This document shows, piece by piece, positions 49,961-60,952 of a stretch of DNA of 64,000 nt; within the stretch, counting starts at the first letter, position 1, and every line of letters begins with the position of its first letter. The stretch comes from Podarcis filfolensis (lineage: Eukaryota): NCBI GenBank assembly GCA_964270895.1, contig OZ185452.1; one strand, 5' to 3'. The notes under the pieces were generated by a model. The model saw nothing but the letters and a program-made list of their open reading frames with translations. It was not told the DNA's origin and ran no database searches. The translations under genes were made by a program, and so were the position numbers.

Positions 49961-50339
49961 AGAAGCCAGAAGGCAAAAAATTAGGGGAGGGCTTCCCCAT
50001 CCTGGTGGTGTTGGACTACAACTCCCATCAGCCCTAGGCAGTGTGGTTAATGGGTCGTGGATGATGGGAGTTGTAGTCCCAACCCATGGTAAAACGACAG
50101 ATTCCTCACAAGGATTCTACCTCTCCATTAACAGCCTTTCGGGTTGCTTGCAGAAAAATTAGAATAGCGCAAAGGGCAAACAAGAGGATTAAAAGCAGTA
50201 ACAGGATCGCGTAAGCCTTAAAAACAGCTAAGAGAGGCTGTGAAGGGTGAAACTGTTAGACCCAGCCCCAAGCTTCTCACAGAATTCCGCATGCTCCTTA
50301 AATGGGTTTGAGACAGAGAAGAGCCAAGCGACTACTCAC

Positions 50340-50457
50340 AACTGGGACTTGTTATTGTTGGGTCCGGTATTAGCCATGCTGAGGACGCCACGTCCTGTGT
50401 GGGACAGGTTGGGCTTGAACTCATCTTTGAAAGGCTTCCCCCAATATGACTCTCCCC
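50340..50457 (-). CDS. PPIL2: PPIL2 exon ([39 protein letters not shown])
   Basis: 118 nt, AG/GT; cyclophilin SMAN.GP..N.SQF motif. Confidence 0.97.
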
Positions 50458-50871
50458 CTGAAATAAACATTATTATTATTATTATTACTGTAAGTCCACA
50501 CCTGGTCACGCCAGTCCCAAACACACAGACACAAGATAGGTCAAAATGCCACAAGGAAAGGCTGCGCCATACCGAGACAAGCCGCTGGTCCATTTAGCTC
50601 AGCACTGACTCTCCCCAGCAAAACCCGCCTGGCAACTTTCCTGACACCAGGTTAGAGACTTATGTTTTTTCTCCCTGGGCTTTTGCTATTGCTGTGTTAC
50701 AAGCAACCCCTGCAGCTGTTATGAGGGACTGTTTTGTAAGACGGGCAACTGTCCCAAGCACACCCAGCCCAACCAGGAAAAGCTTTTTGGAAGTATATTT
50801 CTTTATTGGCAAAGCACCAGCTGCCTAGGTGATCTACTTCTGCAGTCCCACGCTCCAATCCAGACAGTTGA

Positions 50872-51299
50872 TTCCCCCCCCCCATTTTTTTATTCATTTT
50901 ATAATACAACTAAACAACACAAACAGAAAAACAAACAATACAAATTCTTGTCTTATCCTTATTTTTTCTAAACATTGTTAGGTGGGCTTCCCCAAGTCCC
51001 CCCATCTGATTTTCATTTTGCCACATCTTTAGCAGTTTACATATATCATAATTTTAAACCATTTTTTAAAATCACGCTTACTTTTACCATTAAAAATCTT
51101 CACATTTTATCACTTACAAATAATGCTATTTTAAAATACACTATCTTCTACTTCTAACCCTACAGCCTATATCCACTTCCAAAGCTATTCTAAGATTTAA
51201 ATATTAACATATTTTTTCAAATATTCTTTAAACTTCTTCCAATCTTCTTCCACCGTCTCTTCTCTCTGGTTTCGGACCAGTCTTCTCTCTGGTCTTCAG
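50872..51299 (-). mobile_element. 5'-truncated L1/Tx1-type insertion
   Basis: ORF2-like end REETVEEDWKKFKEYLKKY plus 3'UTR; 13-bp TSD TCCAGACAGTTGA at 50859-50871 and 51300-51312. Confidence 0.82.
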
Positions 51300-52158
51300 T
51301 CCAGACAGTTGAAGCAACAGCGTAACTAGGCCCCATTCAGCTTACCAAAACCCCCTTGTCTGAGGCGGTCTGCGCAAACTCTCAGCGATTCCAGCTAGTC
51401 ACATCGCTTCAAGCCCTGCCTTGTGTGTAGAGACTGCGGAGGGGAGGACAGGAGACATTCCGAAGGCATGGCTCTCCCGGAGACCACGGCAGCCTCTTCC
51501 GCCTCTGAGATTCCCTGCAACTCTTCTCCCGCCTCCTTTCTGTCCTGACTGTCTCAGGCTGCCTGGTCTCTTCCCCTTGGGTCCCCACTTCCACTGCCCC
51601 CACAGCATCTGCCTTATGGGTGGCACAGAACCCCACAAATTGCGGGCCCCTTTCCCATGATTGTTCTCGTGCTCGCCTGCCCGCACATCCTCTCCCGTGC
51701 CTGCACGTTCCCCAACCACTTTGGACTCCTATCCATCCCAGACATCGGTGCCATTCTGATAACATATTGATCGGCCAGAGCCGGCCCAGTCATTAGGCAA
51801 GGTGAGGCTGCCGCTTCAGGCAAAAGAAGTCTCATAGGTGGCAAACCCACAGGTGTCCGTCCGTCCCCCGCCTCTTCCAGTGGCAAGAGAAATGCTGTCA
51901 ATTTTGGGCAAGATTCAGTCTATTTTGGATGCGGCGAAGCAGGACACACCACCCGTGGGATAGGTTTCTTGGAGGGTAAGCTCATTTTTTAATGCATACA
52001 AGAGGGAGCGGTGATCCAGTGCTGCAGCACTGAGTGCTTTGGGCTCAACATCCCATCCAGCCATGCCTTCTTCCAGGACACTCCATTCCTCCTCCCACCA
52101 GTTCAAATTAAGTGTTGGCATTCCACGGCCAGTGAGGATGTTCAGCAGTCAATGAGCG

Positions 52159-52298
52159 GTTTGTGTCCCCCGCCCCCTCTACCGATTATAAATGAGAACT
52201 TCTGCAAACCTTCCCCATGCCTGCAAATGCAGTTTGTGTCCCTGCCCCCCCGATCATAAATGAGAACTTCTGCAAACCTTCCCCATGCCTGCAAATGC
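52159..52298. repeat. Two-copy ~70-bp tandem duplication
   Basis: Identical core ATAAATGAGAACTTCTGCAAACCTTCCCCATGCCTGCAAATGC in both units. Confidence 0.9.
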
Positions 52299-53256
52299 CT
52301 CTCTCTTGTTTGTGGATGGTGGCTGTTTGGGCTACATAAAGTAGAACGGGCTAGACTGCCACCCTCCGCGTTACATTGCTGGACCAAATCTCAGCAGCTC
52401 TGCAAAACCAGTAGTCTGGGATGATAGGAGCTGCAGTCCCACAACATCCAGAGAGCCACAGGGTAGCTAGTCCTAAAACAACAGACAGGCCCCGGGGAGA
52501 ATGAGTTTGCTATCTGCCTTGTTGGATTCCACTGGGATCACTGAAGCTTCTGCTCAAAAGGTGGCCATTATCCATCTCACAGAACCCTCATGTGGCATAT
52601 GTAGCTGCCCCCAAAATCTCCAACCTTCCTCAGATTCCTGTGGGACTTGCAATGCTGCAGCATTTGAGCCCTCTAAGGAGCTGGTCCCCACCTTGAGCAG
52701 AGACAAAAGGGAACCTCAGGTTGAGTGCATGCAGCTCATCTGCTTTGGGCTCCTCACTTTCATGTTATTTATGACAGATGTGACATTTTCATTTTCCTCC
52801 AGGACTATTCCTAATCAGGAGAGAACATTCTGAGATGAGTCACTCCCAGAGTTATACAGTCGATTTCTCTCCCCCCTCCCCACACTTTGCATCATTACCA
52901 GAAACAAAACACCAGAAAACGCATCTGCAACAAGCAGAGAAGAAGGTGGCTTGGCTTGCAGAACAACCTTAATGATCCTCTGGAGGAATCGCATCACTGG
53001 CGGAACAGCCGCTTCCAAAAGCCTCTGCTGTACTCGGGAGGCTTTCGGAACACGTAGGCTGCAAAGTGAGCAGGGGAGAAGGATCCAAGGGAAGGGATAA
53101 GGAGAGGCAGACCAGAAGCTACTGGCAATGGAATCTGGGGAAACGGGGCTCAGCCCTGTCCACCTCTGTCTCGATCCCTTCCAATCCTTCTTTTACTTAG
53201 GGGGTGGCAGAAGCTGCCTGCTTCCTCTTTAGCCTCAGTTTTGCTTTTGCACAGTA

Positions 53257-53482
53257 CAGTGGTACCTCGGGTTAAGTACTTAATTCGTTCCGGAGGTCCG
53301 TTCTTAACCTGAAACTGTTCTTAACCTGAAGCACCACTTCAGCTAATGTGGCTTCCCACTGCCACCGCACCGCCGGAGCACGATTTCTGTTCTCATCCTG
53401 AAGCAAAGTTCTTAACCCGGGGTACTATTTCTGGGTTAGCGGAGTCTGTAACCTGAAGCATGTGTATCCCGAGGTACCACTG
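53257..53482. mobile_element. Tigger-like MITE, family T1
   Basis: TA|CAGTGGTACCTCGGG...CCCGAGGTACCACTG|TA. Confidence 0.9.
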
Positions 53483-54628
53483 TACTTTCTTTCCAGGGAA
53501 AATAGTGCTGGTACTCACCAGCAAGCAGGGGGCGTGGCCAGTGCATGGGAGGGGCGTGGCCTGATGGCAAGGCTGGGCGGTGAGGACGGGCCAGCTGCCA
53601 GGTGCTCCCTCGCCTACCGACCAGGGCACTGCCGCCCAGGTGAAGAAGCCTCCCTTGCTCGGCTTTGGGAAGGGGGCAGCAGGGCTCCAGGACCCTGTCA
53701 GAGCATCCCTAAGCTGGGCAAAGGCTTCCTGGGCTCGGGGAAGGAGGCACAATGCTCTGATGGGGTCCCAGAGCCTTCCCTCCTCCTCCCCTTCGAAAAG
53801 GTGGTGGTACTGTGTACCGTTGCATGCTGCCGGAAAACACTGCAACTTCTGCAGGACTTAACAAAGGAGAGGAGGAGGAGGAGGAGGAGGATGGAGACAA
53901 GACTAGAGTTAGCCGGCCTTGCCTATCGTTGGCTCTGACTCTCATCTGCTGTTGCGTTCCCTATCTTCCCCCCCAGCAGTGCCAATGGACACCAGCCACC
54001 GCTCGCTCTGCTCCCCACACACCCCAGATTATCAACTTCATACACACTTACAAATCATGCATACAAATCCAATACAGATTCAGATTAGGATAAAGATCTC
54101 CACTTAAAAGGGTTGCCGAGAAAAGAACGTCTTCAGTTAAGTGCCAAAAGACAATAGAGACGGTGCTTATAGTTCCACAGGGCAGGTGCCGCCACACTTG
54201 GACTCCTAGATTGTATGGAACAGACCTACTGGTAAGACGGCATTTATCCATTTAACAAAATTTATATTCCACTTGACTGCAGAAAACCTCAAAGCGGTTT
54301 ACGAAGCTGGTAAAGAGCAAGATGAAAATCACAACCCTACTTTAAAACATACGGAAGTCAAAATGCTAACACGGATTAAAAATTACCCCCGTTTTCTAAG
54401 CGTAGGCTTGTTTCAACAAGGAGGTTTTTAGCAGGCGCTGGAAAGAGTAAAGTGAAGGCGCCTGCGTGATCTCAACAGGCAGCGTTGCCACACTAAACGA
54501 TCAGAGTTCTTACAAATGCAGGGTGGGTGTTTAGCCGTGGCACTTGGGAGTAGTGCCAGCTCTGCCGATCAAAGTGGTCAAATGGGTGCATGTGGGGTAG
54601 GGCCGATCTTGTAAGAGGCATGGGTATA

Positions 54629-55293
54629 CAGTGGAACCTCTACCTACAACCATAATCCGTTCTGGAGGTCCGGTCATGACTAGAAACGTACATAAGTAGA
54701 GGTGCGCTTTTCCATAGAAAGTAATGGAAAAGTGAATTGATCCGTTCTGGACGATGAAAAACACCCCCTAAAACAGCAATTTAACACCGATTTTACTGTC
54801 TAATGAGACCATAGATCCGTAAAATGAAGGCAATAATCAATGTACTGTACTATAAAATAAATAAGACAGTATTGTAGATGGAAAAAAATAACATTTTTTT
54901 CCCTTACGTGCGCTGAGGGTGGGTGGGCTTACCTGGCTACAAGCTGGGGGTGGGGCAAGGGTCAGTAAAGAGCTGATTCACTTTGGCCTAGGTCACTTTT
55001 TTTTTCTTGCCAGGCCAGGTTCTTCACTGGACTTCCTCAGGTTAGTTCCTCGGCAGGGTTTGGGGCTGCAGTGCGCCCTGCTGTGCCTCTTGCAGGTGGC
55101 ACCTCTTCCACAGCTTTGGGGGTGGGATGGGGGCCCTCTCCCTGGCGGCAGAGGCCCCAGAGCTGCTCCACAGCCGGCTGCTGGCAAGGCCTCTGTTTGT
55201 ATCTAGAGGAAAGCTCATAAATCGAAGCACCTACCTAAGGTTGTAACTGGAATCATATGTAAGTAGAGCCATACATAAGTCGAGGTTCCACTG
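54629..55293. mobile_element. 665-bp Tigger-like non-autonomous element
   Basis: TA|CAGTGGAACCTC...GAGGTTCCACTG|TA. Confidence 0.8.
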
Positions 55294-55300
55294 TATAAGG

Positions 55301-55403
55301 CAGCATTTCTCAACCTGTGGGTCCCCAGATGTTGCTGAACTACAACTCCCATCATCCATAGTAGTTCAACAACATCTGGGGACCCATAGGTTGAGAACCA
55401 CTG
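55301..55403. mobile_element. 103-bp palindromic hAT (MER5-type) MITE
   Basis: Perfect 8-bp TSD GTATAAGG at 55293-55300 and 55404-55411. Confidence 0.9.
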
Positions 55404-56426
55404 GTATAAGGTACCTTTTCCAGTATCCTATTCACAAGATGGATAGGTGGCATTATGAAACAGGACCAACCCCTTCAACTTTTCCAGTTTGCGAGCTGAT
55501 GGCCAGGGCAATTCTTCCAGCAGCAGTCTAGCACTGTAGCCATAGTCTGCCCCACCAAGCAGACGAGCTGCTGCATTCTGCACTGGCTGTAGCTTCCAGG
55601 CCAACCTCAAGGGCAGCCCCACATAAAGCACACTGCAGCAATCTAACTGGGAGAAGACCTCCTGTGCCTGGAGGGCAGTAGCTTGGCTATTCTGGGCTAG
55701 AAATGGCCCTCTCTTACAGAGCACAGTGACTGGCCGGCCACATAAGAGATGAGATACCAATCTTTTAGGTATCCTAAAATAGTGACTTTTAAATAGAAGG
55801 AGCGGGTGAGGAACACAAAAATAAATTATGTGTTTGTGTGTGCGCAGGGTGGGAGTACTGGGGTGGGGGGAAGAGACAGGCGTTTGCAATGCTTCCTCCC
55901 CAGAGATATTGAAGCGGCCATGCATTCTCCAGACTGCTTCTCAAAACCATAGCAACTCAGCTCTGTTGCCACGGAAAAGATGTGCTCTCCCTTGCGAGCT
56001 TGATGCTTGCCACATACAGGTGCCGTTTTAAACGAGGGGCCTGTTAAAATAACAAAACCTGCAATATTCCAAACAACAGGTGTAGGTGGGAAACGCATCA
56101 TGCATGGCAATTTCAAAATGAATTGCCACTTTACTTAGTTGGGTGGAAGGGGGGGCGGATGTGAAGGAAGGGGATTGGGTGAATGAAGTGGGAGGGCTTC
56201 TTGTTCAACCAACTGACAGCTTGCTTTCATTCTCCCTTGTGACACTGGGGTTAACCTACACTGTAGGTGTTTGTAACAATCCCCCAGATGGCCTCTTTAT
56301 TAAAGGAAAGGTGGCTTAAGTGGGGCTGGGGTGGCTTTTGAGCTAAAGAACAGCAAAAGATGAGGTGCTTAACCCTCTCCCATTTTCTGTTTTTCTTCTC
56401 CAAATTGGCCTCCCAAGTGTTCCAGC

Positions 56427-56631
56427 CACTGGCGGAGGAAGAGGAGTGCGGGGGGAGCGCACCGCCCCGGCAGCGTGATCCCAGTGGGGTGCCATCGCGG
56501 CTGCCCCCCGCCCACGCTGGGCACCACACCCTCACAGGCAGCATGCTATGCTCCCAGGACGCACACCAGCCCCATCCCCCGCCTGCTTTCCGCCCCCCCC
56601 CCCGGTGCCGGAGCATGAAGCTCCGCCACTG
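56427..56631. mobile_element. GC-rich hAT MITE
   Basis: Ends CACTGGCGGAG / CTCCGCCACTG; perfect 8-bp TSD GTTCCAGC at 56419-56426 and 56632-56639. Confidence 0.85.
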
Positions 56632-57504
56632 GTTCCAGCTGCATGTTTTTTCTTTGCAGAAAGGGGGGGTCCCCCAAATGGGAATCCCAAGGGGGCTTGG
56701 ACGTCCCCCAGATGTTAATGAAGGGTTTCAACCTTATGAATGCTGCCACTAAACTAGTTCTGTGAAAAAAGAAGCCTCTGCTGCAGAAGGGTCTGCGCTA
56801 GCCTTGAGTTAATTTATTCTATCTCCGCCTCAGTGCATTTCACCTGTAAAATGGGACTACTCATTGAATGCTTTTGATGATCTCTTGGTGCATTTTTAGT
56901 GTTTGGTGCAAGAACTGCAAGCTCAGGTGTGGATTTGTTCCTATATACACAGGTCACCCCAGAATATGGTGCTTGGGGTGCAGCGTGTAATTCTGATCCC
57001 CTGGGCCGCCATTTTGAGACTCTCCTTAGCTGGCAAAAGATGGGGTGCTAGTAAAAACTAAAATCCTAGGTACAGTAGTTGTTGTGTTGGTCTACAGGGG
57101 GTGGGGGTGGAAATAAAAAATCCACTTTAGGCCACCACCGCCACCTTTATTTGGACAGCAACAACCACCACCACCACCACCACAAAGAGCAAGGGTTTCA
57201 TGTTCTCCCGTGGAAAGTGGGCTGCAGAATAAGAAAGGAGACAAAACCAGCTGCTGGCTACCTCAGCCCATGGTAGAATACCCAACCCACTGCTTTTGTG
57301 TACCCAGTTAATTAAGAATTAAAAATATGAGAGGTGGTGATGGCTAATGGGGATAATGAAGTGAGTTGGGAGTTGATTTGAAGGGTGATGTGTGTGAATA
57401 GGAACTGCCTTGGAGAAGAGCCATAACTCAGAGGTAGAGCATCTCTAAGCAGGAATATCCCCTGCCCGATAACCTGGCAAACCACAGTCAGCCAGTGCCT
57501 ACAA

Positions 57505-57753
57505 CAGGGGTCTGCAAACTTTTTCAGCAGGGTGCCGGTCCACTGTCCCTCAGACCTTGTGAGGGGCCAGACTATTTTTTGTGGGGGTGGGGAATGAATT
57601 CCTATGCCCCACAAATAACCCAGAGATGCATTTTAAATAAAAGGACACATTCTACTCATGTAAAAACATGCTGATTCCCGGACCGTCCGTGGGCCGAATT
57701 CAGAAGGCGATTGGGCCGGATCCGGCCCCCGGGCCTTAGTTTGCCTACCCATG
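57505..57753. mobile_element. hAT MITE inside an LF-SINE-like element (~57420-57815)
   Basis: Perfect TSD GCCTACAA at 57497-57504 and 57754-57761. Confidence 0.92.
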
Positions 57754-58935
57754 GCCTACAATATGGAACTAGATGAACTGATGGTTTGACTCAGTACAAG
57801 GTAGTTTCCTGTGTTGATTTGGGTAGCAAATAATTTATTTGGGAGGTATTTGGATGGGGAGTCTATTGGCTTGTGTTTTGTGGAATTTAAATTCTAGACA
57901 CATTTTCTGAATTTTAATCTATACTTACAAATTAGCAAATGCATCATCATCATTATTAAAAAAAACACAAATTCATACAAGCTTGTGTCCTCTTTCTCAA
58001 TGGCGCACGTCCTCTGCTTCGGTGCGATGCCTAAGCGGGCACATGAGATCGCCTGGTCGCCACACAGTGGCACTTCCCAGCCTTGCTTGTGGATTGGCAT
58101 GGCAGTTAAACCCATTTAATACAATGCAGAGGGAGCCTCGGGGCAAATCCTCCCTAGTTTCTGGAAATGGAAGTCTCTGAGCTTTTATCTCTCTCCCTCT
58201 CCCTCTCTGTGAAACAGGGAGCACAGCGCACATTACAGCAAATCCTTAAGACCGATTACCACAAGGAATTTCAAATGCCACATGACTTGTTAAGATAAAG
58301 GAATATTTCTAGTCTGGCTGCAATGTAAATCAGGCTTGCCTCGGGACTGAAATACTGAATTAGATTAAGAGGAAGGTAACATTCTGATTGCTTCTTCTAA
58401 GCACGCATCTGAAGCTTCCCTCTTAAACAGCTGCATAGAGTAAATGGAATCTTAAATAGCTACATACCGTTAAGAGAACCAAAAACAGTATATTGAGCCA
58501 GAATGCCACTTATTCCGCAATTGGCAATGTAACCACTCCAGTTCTTTAATACTCTTGGTTGTTAATTTTAAATATTCCATGTACTGCACTCCAAAGGCTT
58601 AGAATCCGTCACATCTGCTTTAACACACCCTCCCCAAACATAGTGTTGGCCTCCATCTGTCCTGAGAGACAATGTCGTGCGCCTGGGGTGGGGTGTGGAG
58701 TCAAACTGCTAAGTGACTTCCCTGGGACGCAAGCCTGGGCGGTGTGTATGGAGGTCTTGGGCTGCCCAGACAACAAGAGCCCACTCTCTGCCTCCCCGAT
58801 GTGGCCCAAAGGAAAGCAGAGCAATACATTTGGCACCAGCTTGGCTGCAGGAGTTGCCGGAAGGATGCAGACAAGGTGCCATCCAACAATTTTGGGGACT
58901 CCAGTCTGGATTTATGTAGAGATTTACTCCTTATA

Positions 58936-59195
58936 CAGTCATACCTCGGGAAGAATACGCTTCAGCTTAAATATTTTCGGGTTGCGCTCTGTGGTGACCC
59001 GGAAGTAACAGAGCGCGTTACGTCCGGGTTTTGCTGCTCGCACATGCGCAGACGCTCAAAATGATGTCATGCGCATGCGTGGAAGCTGTGAAACGCGACC
59101 TGTGAACGTGCAGACGCACAGTCGCGTCTTACGTTCGCTTCAGGATGAGAACGGGGCTCTGGAATGGATCCCATTCACACCCAGAGGTACCACTG
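58936..59195. mobile_element. Tigger-like MITE with asymmetric ends
   Basis: TA|CAGTCATACCTCGG...AGAGGTACCACTG|TA. Confidence 0.85.
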
Positions 59196-59197
59196 TA

Positions 59198-59428
59198 CAG
59201 TGGTACCTCCGGTTACAAACTTAATCTGTTTCCAGAGGTCTGTTTGTAACCTGAAACCGATCGTAACATGAAGCGCACTTTCGCTAATGGCGCCTCCCGC
59301 TGCTACCTCGCGACTTCAGCTTGCATCCCGGGGCAAAGTTCGCAACAAGGGGACCTACTTCCAGGTTAGCAGAGCTCGTAACCCGAAGCGTTCGCAAGGA
59401 GGACGGTACGTAACACAAGGTTCCACTG
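59198..59428. mobile_element. Tigger-like MITE sharing a TA with the previous element
   Basis: TA|CAGTGGTACCTC...AAGGTTCCACTG|TA. Confidence 0.85.
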
Positions 59429-60419
59429 TATATATTTAATCTGCAACTAAAAGCATATTCAATTACAGTTATAAGTTCTTTAAACTTTAAAAGAGAGTGT
59501 GTTGCATAGTTTTTAAAGGGGGGGGGCGGAGAATGAAAGGGTCAAACGACCCAGGGCTGTCTTCCGCATACTCTGCAAATGGGAACTACAGTCCAATTTC
59601 CCACACTTTCCACAAGTCTCTCGGTCTCTGCTTCTGCCATCTGATAACTGCAGCAATAACTGAAACCCGATCCCTCGGGGATATTGTAGTGGGGAGGGGG
59701 AGGGAGGCTGGTAATCTGTGCACAGTCACAGGTACAGGATCCGTGGCAGCGCAGAGCGGCCTTCCCTGCACCGGTCGAGAGAGAGTTTGCGCTCTTTGTG
59801 TCTGTGATTTAGCCACACGGCTCTGAAGCATGTAATAAGAGTGACTCCCCCTAATTCACTCTGAATGATGGTGGCTGCTGGGAAGAGCTCCTTTCCAGAA
59901 TCGCTTAAGCGGCGGCTTTGCAAAAGTTGCTCCGAGCTCCGAGGGAGGGAACTCTGAGGCCCGCTGAGCCAGCAGGCGTACTCAAGTCGAATTCAAGGGA
60001 AGTGAGCGGAGATGGAAGCAAGATGGAAATGTTGCCCTCAGTGTGAAGATAACTTATCTTCTTCTTTTTAAACAAAAGAAGAAGAATGAATCAAGTAAAG
60101 TCCCCTTCTGGACATTTTATTGGCACTTGCAGTTTAGTCCCCCGCAATTCCTACTATGAGGATTTACAGTTTCCCCCTCAGATTGGTACTTGTGCCACGG
60201 CCCCAAACCAGGGGCCAAACACTTAAAGCGCTATGACACCACTTCAAAAAGTCATGGCTTCCCGCCAGAGAATTCTGGGGGCTATAATTGGTTAAGGCTG
60301 CTGTACCAGAGGTACAATTCCCATAGTGGTTTAAAATTCAACCCCTTTTCACAGAGAACTACGAAGCCACAACTGTTTAAAGTGGTGCTGCAGTGCTTTG
60401 TGTGTGCAGTGTGAATGAG

Positions 60420-60578
60420 GCCCAGGAATAACAGAATCACAGGTTTGTAGAGCTGGAAGGGGCCACGAGGATCATCCAGTCCAACCCCTGCAATGCAGGA
60501 AACTTTCATCCACCATGGGGCTTAAACCCATGAGCCTGGGATTAAGAGTCTCATGCTCTACCAACTGAGCTATCCAGC
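60420..60578 (-). mobile_element. tRNA-Lys(CTT)-derived SINE with CR1-type tail (Squam2-like)
   Basis: Reverse strand GCTGGATAGCTCAGTTGGTAGAGCATGAGACTCTTAATC..., then GGGTTGGACTGGATGATCCTC. Confidence 0.8.
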
Positions 60579-60595
60579 CTCATATGCAAAAGTAA

Positions 60596-60952
60596 GGGAC
60601 GCAGGTGGTGCTGTGGGTTAAACCACAGAGCCTAGGGCTTGCCGATCAGAAGGTCGGTGGTTCAAATCCCCGCGACGGGGTGAGCTCCCATTGTTCAGTC
60701 CCAGCTCCTGCCAACCTAGCAGTTCGAAAGCACATCGAAGTGCAAGTAGATAAATAGGTACCACTCCGGTGGGAAAGTAAACGGTGTTTCCGTGTACTGC
60801 TCTGGTTCGCCAGATGCGGCTTAGTCATGCTGGCCACATGACCCGGAAGCTGTACGCCGGCTCCCTCGGCCAATAAAGTGAGATGAGCGCCACAACCCCA
60901 GAGTCGTCCGCGACTGGACCTAATGATCAGGGGTCCCTTTACCTTTACCTTT
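60596..60952 (+). mobile_element. Sauria/Squam1 SINE
   Basis: Full length; TSD-like AAAAGTA. Confidence 0.92.

Noticed and set aside
51320-52130. GC-rich stretch with several 70-120 aa ORFs
   Set aside because: No coherent frame or recognisable domain; possibly a decayed retroelement 5' region, not assignable by eye.
58468-58614. 147-nt candidate cassette exon (-) with a strong GTATGT donor
   Set aside because: The acceptor has essentially no pyrimidine tract and all frames stop; weak support without RNA data.
60505-60578. tRNA-Lys(CTT) gene
   Set aside because: Degenerate T-arm and acceptor stem, fused to a CR1-type tail: a SINE head. The same holds at 37265.
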